A DNA stretch of 64,000 bases from NCBI GenBank assembly GCA_027459725.1, contig DAIDHK010000003.1, forward strand, positions 931 through 64,930, written 5' to 3'. The notes beneath the pieces were generated by a model. The model was not told the origin of the DNA. It saw nothing but the letters and a program-made list of their open reading frames with translations, and searched no databases. Shown here piece after piece: positions 18,533-26,940 of the stretch. The first letter of the stretch is position 1. Each line of letters starts with the position of its first letter. The DNA is from Candidatus Levyibacteriota bacterium (lineage in GTDB: Bacteria; Patescibacteriota; Microgenomatia; Levybacterales; UBA12049). A program made the translations under genes and the position numbers.

Positions 18533-19007
18533 ATAGTTCTTAATGCTCTCCTCCTTTTAGTCTCATTTCCTAATTTCTGTTTTTAGAGTCAACCATTGAC
18601 AAATCATATTGGCTGCGTTTAAAGTATTAATATACCATGAAAATAAGTATTAAAAGATTTGCCACCGGTTTAATCAGCATTAGTAGTTTAGTTGCCTTTT
18701 CAGCTACTCCAGCATTTGCAGGCGGTAATGTTGTTAGTATTTGTCCTGCCGGTTCAGCTTTCTCAGGAGTCTGTAACTTTAACACTAGTACACTCTTAGG
18801 TAGTGTTATCAATGTCGTCTTCGTTATCGCTATCTTAATCGCCCTCTTCTTCCTGATCTATGGCGGTATCCGTTGGATTATCTCCCAGGGTAATAAGGAG
18901 AAGGTTAATGGTGCTCGTGATATGTTAATCGCTGCTTTAGTAGGTTTGATTGTTGTCTTCCTCTCCTACTTCCTACTCGGTCTGGTCATACAGTTGTTGT
19001 TTGGTCA
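18206..19007 (+). repeat. 269-bp direct repeat shared by the two tandem pilin genes (18206-18474 and 18739-19007)
   Basis: Manual alignment at offset 533: only two mismatches (18367/18900 and 18466/18999), both synonymous. Confidence 0.9.
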
Positions 19008-19206
19008 AACTACTCAGAACTTACTTAACTCTGTTACAAGTAATGGAATATTTAATAGCGGAGTTACTAATTCTCAGTCTCTTCCTTCTTGTTCATCCTA
19101 TTGTCCTAACACAAGTACATGTCTGGCAAATAATGTAAATGCTAGTGCTTATCAAGGGTGTATAACAAACTGCGAAACTAACCACGGTGGAGGTCAATGT
19201 AATTAA
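18637..19206 (+). CDS. VirB2/TrbC-like pilin, copy B, with Cys-rich C-terminal extension
   Basis: Same pilin core as copy A; tail CSSYCPNTSTC..CITNC..C. Confidence 0.85.
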   Translation: MKISIKRFATGLISISSLVAFSATPAFAGGNVVSICPAGSAFSGVCNFNTSTLLGSVINVVFVIAILIALFFLIYGGIRWIISQGNKEKVNGARDMLIAALVGLIVVFLSYFLLGLVIQLLFGQTTQNLLNSVTSNGIFNSGVTNSQSLPSCSSYCPNTSTCLANNVNASAYQGCITNCETNHGGGQCN

Positions 19207-19253
19207 TTGACTAGTTTATTGTTTCTAACAAATACTTCTGCTAGATTATCTAT

Positions 19254-19610
19254 ATGGACTGGAATAATTGTCTGCAGAATGTAACAGATTCTTCAAATAA
19301 AGTGGTTGGCCAAGCTGCCACATTAAACTGTGTACCCGTACTCTTCTCTAACTTAGTCAATGCTGCGTTTGTCTTTGCTGGTAGTGTTGCAGTCATCTTT
19401 ATTATTTGGTCAGGAATTCAATATATAATGTCAGGTGGGGACCCTAAAAAGGCCGAGGGCGCGAAGAAAACATTAACCTGGTCTATCATAGGACTTTTAC
19501 TCATTGTCTTCTCTGTGGCGATTATAAACATCCTAGCAACCATTACAGGCGCTCATTGCATCACTATGTTTGGATTTAACAACTGTCAGACCAATATCGC
19601 AGGCAATTAG
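19254..19610 (+). CDS. VirB2/TrbC-like pilin
   Basis: IIWSGIQYIMSGGDPKKAEGAKKTLTWSIIGL. Confidence 0.85.
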   Translation: MDWNNCLQNVTDSSNKVVGQAATLNCVPVLFSNLVNAAFVFAGSVAVIFIIWSGIQYIMSGGDPKKAEGAKKTLTWSIIGLLLIVFSVAIINILATITGAHCITMFGFNNCQTNIAGN

Positions 19611-19629
19611 TGGCCAGGCGTGTTATTCT

Positions 19630-19995
19630 TTAATTCTGCGCATTTCCTTCGCTCTTAATTATTTTATTCAATTCTTCTTTTGTTACTGACAAGTCTGAAT
19701 CATCTTTTATGCTCATTAAATATTGATCAAAAGACTGCTGTGTCTGCTTAAGAACATCTGGATAAAGATCTCCTTCCATTTTACGCTTCCCATCTTTAAT
19801 TTCTTCCATAGCAATTTGTAAGTTAGTCTGTACCTGCATTTCAAATAAAGAGTCGTAAGTTGTCCAGAGAATCTGATCCACAACATAATGCTCTGATTCA
19901 TCCATCGTGTCATATTTGGTCGCTAGTTCCTCCTGAAAGCTTTTTTCAAAAGGTAAAAGTTTGATTAAATCTTTCGTTTTATGTGCTTTGTCCAT
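19630..19995 (-). CDS. small acidic helical hypothetical protein
   Basis: 121-aa ORF starting 5 nt after the stop of 20001..23222. Confidence 0.75.
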   Translation of the reverse strand: MDKAHKTKDLIKLLPFEKSFQEELATKYDTMDESEHYVVDQILWTTYDSLFEMQVQTNLQIAMEEIKDGKRKMEGDLYPDVLKQTQQSFDQYLMSIKDDSDLSVTKEELNKIIKSEGNAQN

Positions 19996-20000
19996 AGTTT

Positions 20001-23000
20001 TTATGCCGCACGTGAATTATCCAACGCTTGGGCACCAATATAATTAATCGCTCGGATAAAAAATCTTCGCATATGATGTGGGTCTACTGACCCACTTCTA
20101 GTCGCTGTATTCAAGGCCGTAAGGACTTGTGCTATATCACCTTGCACAGCAGGTGCTAAATTCAACTGGGCCGTTTCATTTAACATTTCCGCCATTCTTT
20201 CTGGTGGTAATACATGCGTCAACCATACCACATCATTGGAACTACTCAGTACTCTTAGCATATCAAAATATCCCCTTGGTAAAGTTCTTAAATGACCATC
20301 TCTCAACATCTCAGCGTATACAGGATTATTGTTAGGTAAAGTCGAGGTGTCAAATACATAGTCCGCATCAGGCTTCCCACCAGCGGCATCACGAATATAG
20401 CGTAAAATTAGATCTGCCTTTCCATCACTGAGAATTATCGGCAATTCATCACACAAATGACCTGCATGCGTCAGATGATCCGTTATCTCTCTCATATCGT
20501 CAGTAGAATTCTTGCGCTCTCTCAGTCTGGTCACTATATTTTCTCTTTCGCTGGCTTCCCTATTAATGATCCCCAGACGTACATTATAAATATTGTTTCT
20601 ATAATCAGTAATTACTGCTTGAATTAAATTGATATTATTAGTTCTTGCTGTAGGAGTGGGTGCCCCCGTAAATGGATCCAAACTTGCATCCCACCCTGTA
20701 ACTGGCGCCACAACATTTACACTTACATAAATATCATCATATATTTCATCAGCAGTATGAGTTATAAAATCATTATCCCAAACTTGAAAATCTCGAAGCT
20801 GTATTCTATTTTGCAAGATACCGGCTCTAGGAGCGGCAGATCGATCCGGTTCGATATTCAAAGCTCTTTCTTCTATACGAGCATGCTCAAGGTTACGACG
20901 AATATCTGCATTTGGTGACCACCCCATCTCTGTTACAGCAATATGATTTAGATTAGGTGGAAGAGGCACGGTAGTATTGTTCCAGCCAAAGGTGCCAAAA
21001 CGAGTGCGAATAGTGTGTATAAAGTTGAGCCTTGCTGTTATTTGCTGAGGATCTAATGAGCGAATATCGATATTTGCTCTCCAATAAGTGGGGACTGCTG
21101 GAGGAGGAACATTTGGTACGGTATTAAAGTCTGTTGTCCATTGATTATTTGGCCCGCTTATTACATTAACTAATTCAGCTGGTAATGTTCCACCTGATAT
21201 TAAGGTTCTTAAATGTGCGATAAATGCATTAGCATATAACATTTGCACCTCCAGATTATCTCTTTCACTTTCCAAACTACTAAGTACCCTACGCTCCGCA
21301 GACACAATATCTGCTCCATTACTTAAAGCATCCAGCTTGCTATTAATTTTATTTCGTAATTCTACTAATCTATCATATCGAGTCTGATCCTCCTCTTTAT
21401 CTCTCCTTACTTCTGCCATACCTGCTTCATAGATAGCATTAACCTCTTCATTTATTGTCTGTCTAGCACTTTCAGCTGCCTTGCCTGAAACTGTAACCAA
21501 ACCGAATCTTCTATTTCTCTCCCTTTCTCTAGTCACTCTTAAGTCAGCAACTCTACCTGCAAAAGATGTAGGTCCAGTATCAACGTTGAGTACTCTGTGC
21601 AATCTATTTATCTCTGCATTTAGGTCTATTAAAGAGTTATACCCAAACTCTTGTGTGACCGCTTCTCGTGCCGCATTGAGCTCGCCTACTGCATCAGAAT
21701 ATGCCTTCAGCGCATCTCGATCCCCTTTCATGACATTTGCCTCCTCCTCTATAGCTTTGGCTTGTCTCTCAATTTGTTCATCTCTCTCTTGTTTCAGCTT
21801 GCCCCCTTCGATCGCTTCTAAGCGAGCTTTTATGGCTTTCGGACCCACCTCAGCTAATTTGGCTCTTTGCTCCGCCACCAAACTCTTGGTGGCAAAAAAT
21901 AGCATGGTTTCTTGCTTGGCCTTGGCCATCCGCTTCAAGCTTTCCACCATATCAATATGGTTCCTATCAAAATTGTTATTAGGTACCCACTTTCCACCTA
22001 CCTCGTGCATAGGTGATACATATTTAAATGCACCACGAGGAGGAGGGTTACTGTGGCGGGATACGATACCTGCCCTATTAGGATTCCAGCGTCGGGTAAA
22101 TTCTTGTTGCCAATGTGTCCCAAGCTGTTCAGTAGAACCATCTAGATAGGCATAAATGGCTTGTTCAGGACTGGCATCTAATTTTTCGGTGGGTACACCC
22201 AAAGCCTCATAAAATTCTCTACGGATCTCAATACCATTCAAAACACTATCTTGCAAATCTTGCACATCAACCGTGCTCTCGGGGACGAATTGATTTTTAT
22301 TTCTGTTTTGGCGCAGTCTAGTAATCATTCCACCGGCCATATTATAATCATTGACATCTATACCAAAAGCCGCCTTTACATAAGCTGCTTCCGCTGGATC
22401 CACCTGGACATATCGGAAAGCATCTCGACAAAACTTCAGCTGATCGACATCACCATTGCGGATTGCCCAGGCAATGGGCTCGTAAATTCCTCTCACCGCA
22501 TCAATACCTACCCCAGCTACCCCTATGGCAGCGGCTCCAAAAGCCACAGCAGGCACACCTCCGGCAGCATACAATCCCACACCACCTCCAGCCACACCAA
22601 CCAACCCAGCTACTTTGGCGATCTTCTCATTGACGGGATTTGGCAACCAGCGGAAAAATTTATTTAAAAAACCTTGTCGCCTACCGGTCACAGCCAAAAT
22701 CTCATTGGCTATTCTTCTTCGTTCACCTGCTGGCAAATGGACTGCCACTTGTCCCAATGCAAAAGCTCTATACTTGGTTCTTTCTTCTCTCAGAGCCGTA
22801 ACGGCCATTAAATGATCAGGGTCCTTCAGATATTCCTTGATTTTTTTCTCATCTATGACTTGATTGCCGGCATTGTCGGTGGTGACAATAGCCTCGAGCA
22901 TTGCATTTTCACCGGGGTGATTTTGGGCTGAAACAACTGCCAATTGCGGATTGCTCTCACGCAACTTGAGCATACCTGTGGCGAAAGATCTCAATAATCT

Positions 23001-23222
23001 AAAATATTCTTTTCTAACTTTTTCTGGAATATGGACCTCTTCTGAAACTTCTTTTTCTGTGGATTTGTGTGTTCTTGCATCTCTAGTACGACTGGAGTCA
23101 TCATCAATGAAAAATTCAGACCTATTGATCAACAAGCCGCCCTCTTCTTGCTTATGCTCACCTATCTTTTGTTTTTTCTTGCCACCTTCAAGGGCAGCAT
23201 CTAAACTTACTTCCGATGACAT
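20001..23222 (-). CDS. large coiled-coil protein with Gly-rich hydrophobic segment (candidate secreted substrate)
   Basis: 1073 aa; VAGLVGVAGGGVGLYAAGGVPAVAFGAAAIGVAGVGI segment, long heptad region, ends SRAA. Confidence 0.85.
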   Translation of the reverse strand: MSSEVSLDAALEGGKKKQKIGEHKQEEGGLLINRSEFFIDDDSSRTRDARTHKSTEKEVSEEVHIPEKVRKEYFRLLRSFATGMLKLRESNPQLAVVSAQNHPGENAMLEAIVTTDNAGNQVIDEKKIKEYLKDPDHLMAVTALREERTKYRAFALGQVAVHLPAGERRRIANEILAVTGRRQGFLNKFFRWLPNPVNEKIAKVAGLVGVAGGGVGLYAAGGVPAVAFGAAAIGVAGVGIDAVRGIYEPIAWAIRNGDVDQLKFCRDAFRYVQVDPAEAAYVKAAFGIDVNDYNMAGGMITRLRQNRNKNQFVPESTVDVQDLQDSVLNGIEIRREFYEALGVPTEKLDASPEQAIYAYLDGSTEQLGTHWQQEFTRRWNPNRAGIVSRHSNPPPRGAFKYVSPMHEVGGKWVPNNNFDRNHIDMVESLKRMAKAKQETMLFFATKSLVAEQRAKLAEVGPKAIKARLEAIEGGKLKQERDEQIERQAKAIEEEANVMKGDRDALKAYSDAVGELNAAREAVTQEFGYNSLIDLNAEINRLHRVLNVDTGPTSFAGRVADLRVTRERERNRRFGLVTVSGKAAESARQTINEEVNAIYEAGMAEVRRDKEEDQTRYDRLVELRNKINSKLDALSNGADIVSAERRVLSSLESERDNLEVQMLYANAFIAHLRTLISGGTLPAELVNVISGPNNQWTTDFNTVPNVPPPAVPTYWRANIDIRSLDPQQITARLNFIHTIRTRFGTFGWNNTTVPLPPNLNHIAVTEMGWSPNADIRRNLEHARIEERALNIEPDRSAAPRAGILQNRIQLRDFQVWDNDFITHTADEIYDDIYVSVNVVAPVTGWDASLDPFTGAPTPTARTNNINLIQAVITDYRNNIYNVRLGIINREASERENIVTRLRERKNSTDDMREITDHLTHAGHLCDELPIILSDGKADLILRYIRDAAGGKPDADYVFDTSTLPNNNPVYAEMLRDGHLRTLPRGYFDMLRVLSSSNDVVWLTHVLPPERMAEMLNETAQLNLAPAVQGDIAQVLTALNTATRSGSVDPHHMRRFFIRAINYIGAQALDNSRAA

Positions 23223-23230
23223 ATATAAAA

Positions 23231-23266
23231 ATGGTAATTGATTTGAAGTATTTATTCAAGTATGCT
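23231..23266. promoter_or_regulatory. overlapping divergent sigma70-type promoters
   Basis: Plus strand: TTGATT(23238)-17bp-TATGCT-7nt-ATG 23274. Minus strand: TTGAAT(23259)-17bp-TACCAT-8nt-ATG 23222. Confidence 0.6.
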
Positions 23267-23273
23267 CAGATAT

Positions 23274-24563
23274 ATGGCGGATACAGAAGTAACAGCTGAA
23301 GTCGCGGATGCTACTGGGGCAGCACCTGTCGCTCCTACTGCAGAGGAAGCAGTGACAACTGAACCTAAACAAAAAGAACAGGCTGAAGAGGTGGTCTCTA
23401 AAGAAGTTTCTTTGAGCCAACAAAAAAATGAAGCGCGCCTAGTCACTAATCTGGTAATTTCGCGAGCTATCGATAGAGCGAAGGAGAAGCAACGTAAATT
23501 AAATTCTCCCATAGACGGTGAAGAAAGCCCCGCACCCCTCACAGAAGCAGATCAATCTTTCCTGTCTATAAATGCTCTGAAAACAGCGGGAATTTCGGTA
23601 GATGAAAATGGAGAAGAAGTAATAACCGAGCTTAACTACACTACAGCTGAAAATCCTTACGGTAGAAAAATCGATAGTAGTAAAAGACCTATAAATGTCG
23701 TAACTGACGAAGGGACATTCATTATTCGTAGTATAAAAAGAATTAATGGGCAAGATTTCACCTGCATGTGCTCTGATGCTAAACGGCCCACTCAGCAAGA
23801 GGAAAAAATATTTAAGCGAAACACAATTGTAGAAGGCCAGATCAGAGCAGAAGCAGAAATAATAATCCCAGCTATTACAGATAAGGAAGGCGATGTCTTA
23901 GCATTATCTATGGGCATGTTGGAGGCTGATGCAGATGAAAGGAATGATATTATAGAGTCCGCTGCCAAGTCGGTTGGACTAATAACCTCAGAATCAATGA
24001 TTTCTACAATAGAAAGATTCAAAAAAGAAAATCCAAATTTACCCCCCGAAACAAGTACCGATTTAGATGGACTTGTAAACACACTTAAAAAAAGCAATGT
24101 GGTGGACAAGGAGGCTATGGTTCGCATAGCTAATATCTTTTTAACAGATAAGGTTAAGAAATTATTAATAAACCAACAAGCAAGATTGTCTGAAGGCAAT
24201 AATCAAGCAGCCAGTAACATTGGGGAACAAATAAGTATGTGGAATAGCCTTACAAGTGGAGAAAATAACTTAATTGAAAGATACTTTAACAAAGTTGAGA
24301 AAGGTGAGGTCTCAGAAGAAGGATTAAGATCTATTAACAGATTATTAGTCAATGGTGATGTATCCAATTTCCTAGAAGAACTTCAGACAAGAATAAAAAA
24401 TGATCCCAGCCTGACACCAGAGGAGAGAGAGGAAAAAACAAAAATGCTAAACTATTATAATGAAACACCTGGAGAGGGGTTGGTATCTCTTTTTGGAGCC
24501 ATAGCTCTAGAAGTCCTTTTAGAAGTTGGAAAGAGCGTAGTAGCGGGACAAAAGGCAGCATAA
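23274..24563 (+). CDS. acidic hypothetical protein with C-terminal hydrophobic helix (candidate secreted substrate)
   Basis: ORF 23262..24563, ATG 23274 preferred; ends GLVSLFGAIALEVLLEVGKSVVAGQKAA. Confidence 0.8.
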   Translation: MADTEVTAEVADATGAAPVAPTAEEAVTTEPKQKEQAEEVVSKEVSLSQQKNEARLVTNLVISRAIDRAKEKQRKLNSPIDGEESPAPLTEADQSFLSINALKTAGISVDENGEEVITELNYTTAENPYGRKIDSSKRPINVVTDEGTFIIRSIKRINGQDFTCMCSDAKRPTQQEEKIFKRNTIVEGQIRAEAEIIIPAITDKEGDVLALSMGMLEADADERNDIIESAAKSVGLITSESMISTIERFKKENPNLPPETSTDLDGLVNTLKKSNVVDKEAMVRIANIFLTDKVKKLLINQQARLSEGNNQAASNIGEQISMWNSLTSGENNLIERYFNKVEKGEVSEEGLRSINRLLVNGDVSNFLEELQTRIKNDPSLTPEEREEKTKMLNYYNETPGEGLVSLFGAIALEVLLEVGKSVVAGQKAA

Positions 24564-24669
24564 AAACTTTTCACAAAATTTGGCACCACTTAGGCCTATA
24601 TTTGACCCACTTTGATAATCTTGAACACAGATTTTTCACGTTATACACTTTTTGTAGGAGTGAGATACT

Positions 24670-26241
24670 ATGGAAAGCAATCATCCTATACCACAAGATG
24701 TCACAGGATTTCAGTTTAAGTTAATCGGCGCGATGACGGTTAAGCAATTTTTGTATCTGGCTGTACCCTCGGTAGTGGCTTGGGTATTCTATTCAGCACC
24801 TTTTTTACCCTGGTTTGTTAAGTATCCAATAATTCTATTCTTAGCCATCGGCGCAGTAGTTATGGCTTTTTTACCTATTGAAGGTCGTCCGGCTGATGTA
24901 ATGTTAAAACACTTCTTCGAAGCGCTATTTGCGCCCAATCAGTTTATTTATCAGAAAACAGGACAAAAACTTGCCTTTACCACCATCTCTACTCAATCCG
25001 TACAGAAACGACCTGCAGTTAATCCACTTGCCCAGGCAGAACAAATCAAGACAAGACAGCTACAGGCATTACTACAATCATCTCAACATGAGAATCTGAT
25101 GGATGATCGTGAATCATCATTTATGCAAAAAGTTTCTTCTCTTATGCCACCCCCACCGGTAGTTAATCAAACAGCCAGCACCGGAGGCAAGGGTATTTTG
25201 CCTTTCCACTTACCACAAATATTCTCTCGACCACTGCCTTCTAAGCCGGTGCTTTCCAATTTTAAAATGGTAGATTTGGGCAATCAACCAGAACCAGAAA
25301 ATAAGCCCATTCCTGTCGATCAATCAAAAAAAGATGAGACAGAAAAAGTTACCCCCATAGTTGCATCTAACCCAGCACCAATTATGGTGTTACATCAAAC
25401 ACCCGAACCTAAAACCACCAATCTACCTATAGAACAGCCATCTATTATTCCCAATACGCCCATCACACAATCGACACCAATCCCGACAGTTAGCACTTCA
25501 ACTACTCCAGTAGCCTCACCATATCCCAAGCCAGAACCTTTGACTCAAGGTGTTAATCAAACCACCCTAAACTACGATGAGCAGCTGAAAAAGTTACAGT
25601 CTGAAAAAGAGAGAATGGAAAAGGAACTAGCTACATTGAGGAAACAACAGGAACAAACTCCGGTAAGCTCACCAGTTCCAGTCCCGCAAACTCATGTAGT
25701 AGATACTCCTGTTGTTACGCCACCTACTTCAGTCTCACTTGTTAATCAAACAACTGCCCCTACCTCCACTCAATCAACACCAGCACATCCTATGCAACCA
25801 GTTACTCCTGTTGTAGCTACTCCTACTCCTACTCCTACTACCCCAATCATGCCTAAAACTCCTGCTGGATATGAACCACCACATGTAGCTAAAATTCCAG
25901 CGGCAATGGCTAAAAACATGGGCCTACCAAGCATACCCGATTCTCCTAATTTAATTACCGGTATAGTACGTGATCCACGCGGGAATATTCTGCCAAATAT
26001 TTTGGTCGAAGTTAAAGATAAAGAAGGAAATCCAGTTAGAGCTTTCAAAACCAATCAACTCGGTCAGTTTGCATCAGCGACACCTTTACTAAATGGAACT
26101 TATACTATTAATTTTGAAGACTTAACAGGACAACATAAATTTGATGTTATTGAGATTATAGCCAAGGGTACAGTCTTATTACCTATTGGAGTGATCTCTC
26201 ACGATGCACGTGAAGAATTACGTAAAGCATTATTTTCTTAG
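24670..26241 (+). CDS. PrgI-family (VirB3-like) protein with Pro/Thr linker and C-terminal carboxypeptidase-regulatory-like domain
   Basis: HPIPQDVTGFQFKLIGAMTVKQFLYL..two TM..PIEGRP; C-terminal ITGIVRD..GNILPNILVEV..TNQLGQF; AGGAG upstream. Confidence 0.85.
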   Translation: MESNHPIPQDVTGFQFKLIGAMTVKQFLYLAVPSVVAWVFYSAPFLPWFVKYPIILFLAIGAVVMAFLPIEGRPADVMLKHFFEALFAPNQFIYQKTGQKLAFTTISTQSVQKRPAVNPLAQAEQIKTRQLQALLQSSQHENLMDDRESSFMQKVSSLMPPPPVVNQTASTGGKGILPFHLPQIFSRPLPSKPVLSNFKMVDLGNQPEPENKPIPVDQSKKDETEKVTPIVASNPAPIMVLHQTPEPKTTNLPIEQPSIIPNTPITQSTPIPTVSTSTTPVASPYPKPEPLTQGVNQTTLNYDEQLKKLQSEKERMEKELATLRKQQEQTPVSSPVPVPQTHVVDTPVVTPPTSVSLVNQTTAPTSTQSTPAHPMQPVTPVVATPTPTPTTPIMPKTPAGYEPPHVAKIPAAMAKNMGLPSIPDSPNLITGIVRDPRGNILPNILVEVKDKEGNPVRAFKTNQLGQFASATPLLNGTYTINFEDLTGQHKFDVIEIIAKGTVLLPIGVISHDAREELRKALFS

Positions 26242-26246
26242 TAACT

Positions 26247-26897
26247 ATGGCTGCCCAAAAAATTCACTCATCAACTCAAAAATTTACAGAGATAGTCGAT
26301 ATCGTTGACAATATCGTTGTACTCGAGGGAGGATATGCTTGCGTAGTAATCGAGCTAACGGCTACTAATTTTGCTTTACTCTCCCGGCAGGAACAAGATG
26401 CAAAAATCTATGCCTATGCTGGTCTGCTTAACTCTTTAAATTTCCCCATTCAAGTATTAGTCCGAAATAAAAGAGTAGATATCACATCCTATCTCAATCA
26501 GTTAGATGACGCTGAAAAAAGAACTGCTAATAATCAATTGAAAGAGCAAATTGAACAATATAAAAGTTTTGTTAATGAGATGGTGACTGTGAATGTGGTG
26601 TTAAACAAGCAATTCTACATCGTTATATCTTATTCTTCTTTAGAAGGTGGTATCGGTGCTATAGCTCCGGGTAAAGGCAGTCAGAAAGATGCGTTTGTTG
26701 CAGCCGCTAGTAAAACCTTATTAACCAAAGCCGAATCTATTCACGGCCAACTTAATCAATTAGCAAGTACAGCCAGACTTTTGGACCGAGAAGAACTTAT
26801 AAAATTATTCTATGATATTTATAACAATGATCTTGTCGAACCCAACCAAATAGTAACAGACATTACGACACCGATAATTCGTTCGGCAAGTAAATAA
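26247..26897 (+). CDS. VirB4-associated conserved T4SS protein (TraC/VirB4 N-terminal-like)
   Basis: STQKF..NFALLSRQEQDAKI..LLNSLNFPIQV..KQFYIVI; lies between prgI-like and virB4-like genes. Confidence 0.7.
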   Translation: MAAQKIHSSTQKFTEIVDIVDNIVVLEGGYACVVIELTATNFALLSRQEQDAKIYAYAGLLNSLNFPIQVLVRNKRVDITSYLNQLDDAEKRTANNQLKEQIEQYKSFVNEMVTVNVVLNKQFYIVISYSSLEGGIGAIAPGKGSQKDAFVAAASKTLLTKAESIHGQLNQLASTARLLDREELIKLFYDIYNNDLVEPNQIVTDITTPIIRSASK

Positions 26898-26940
26898 AAA
26901 GTGTCTGTAAACAACTTTAATATTATTACACTAATTAATT

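Noticed and set aside
18206-19007. Pilin repeat as a DGR template/variable repeat pair
   Set aside because: No reverse transcriptase in the window, both copies are coding, and the only two differences are synonymous
21481-22149. 222-aa + strand ORF and the many other short antisense ORFs in the track
   Set aside because: They are shadows of longer opposite-strand genes, with Ser/Leu/Phe-rich antisense composition and no motifs
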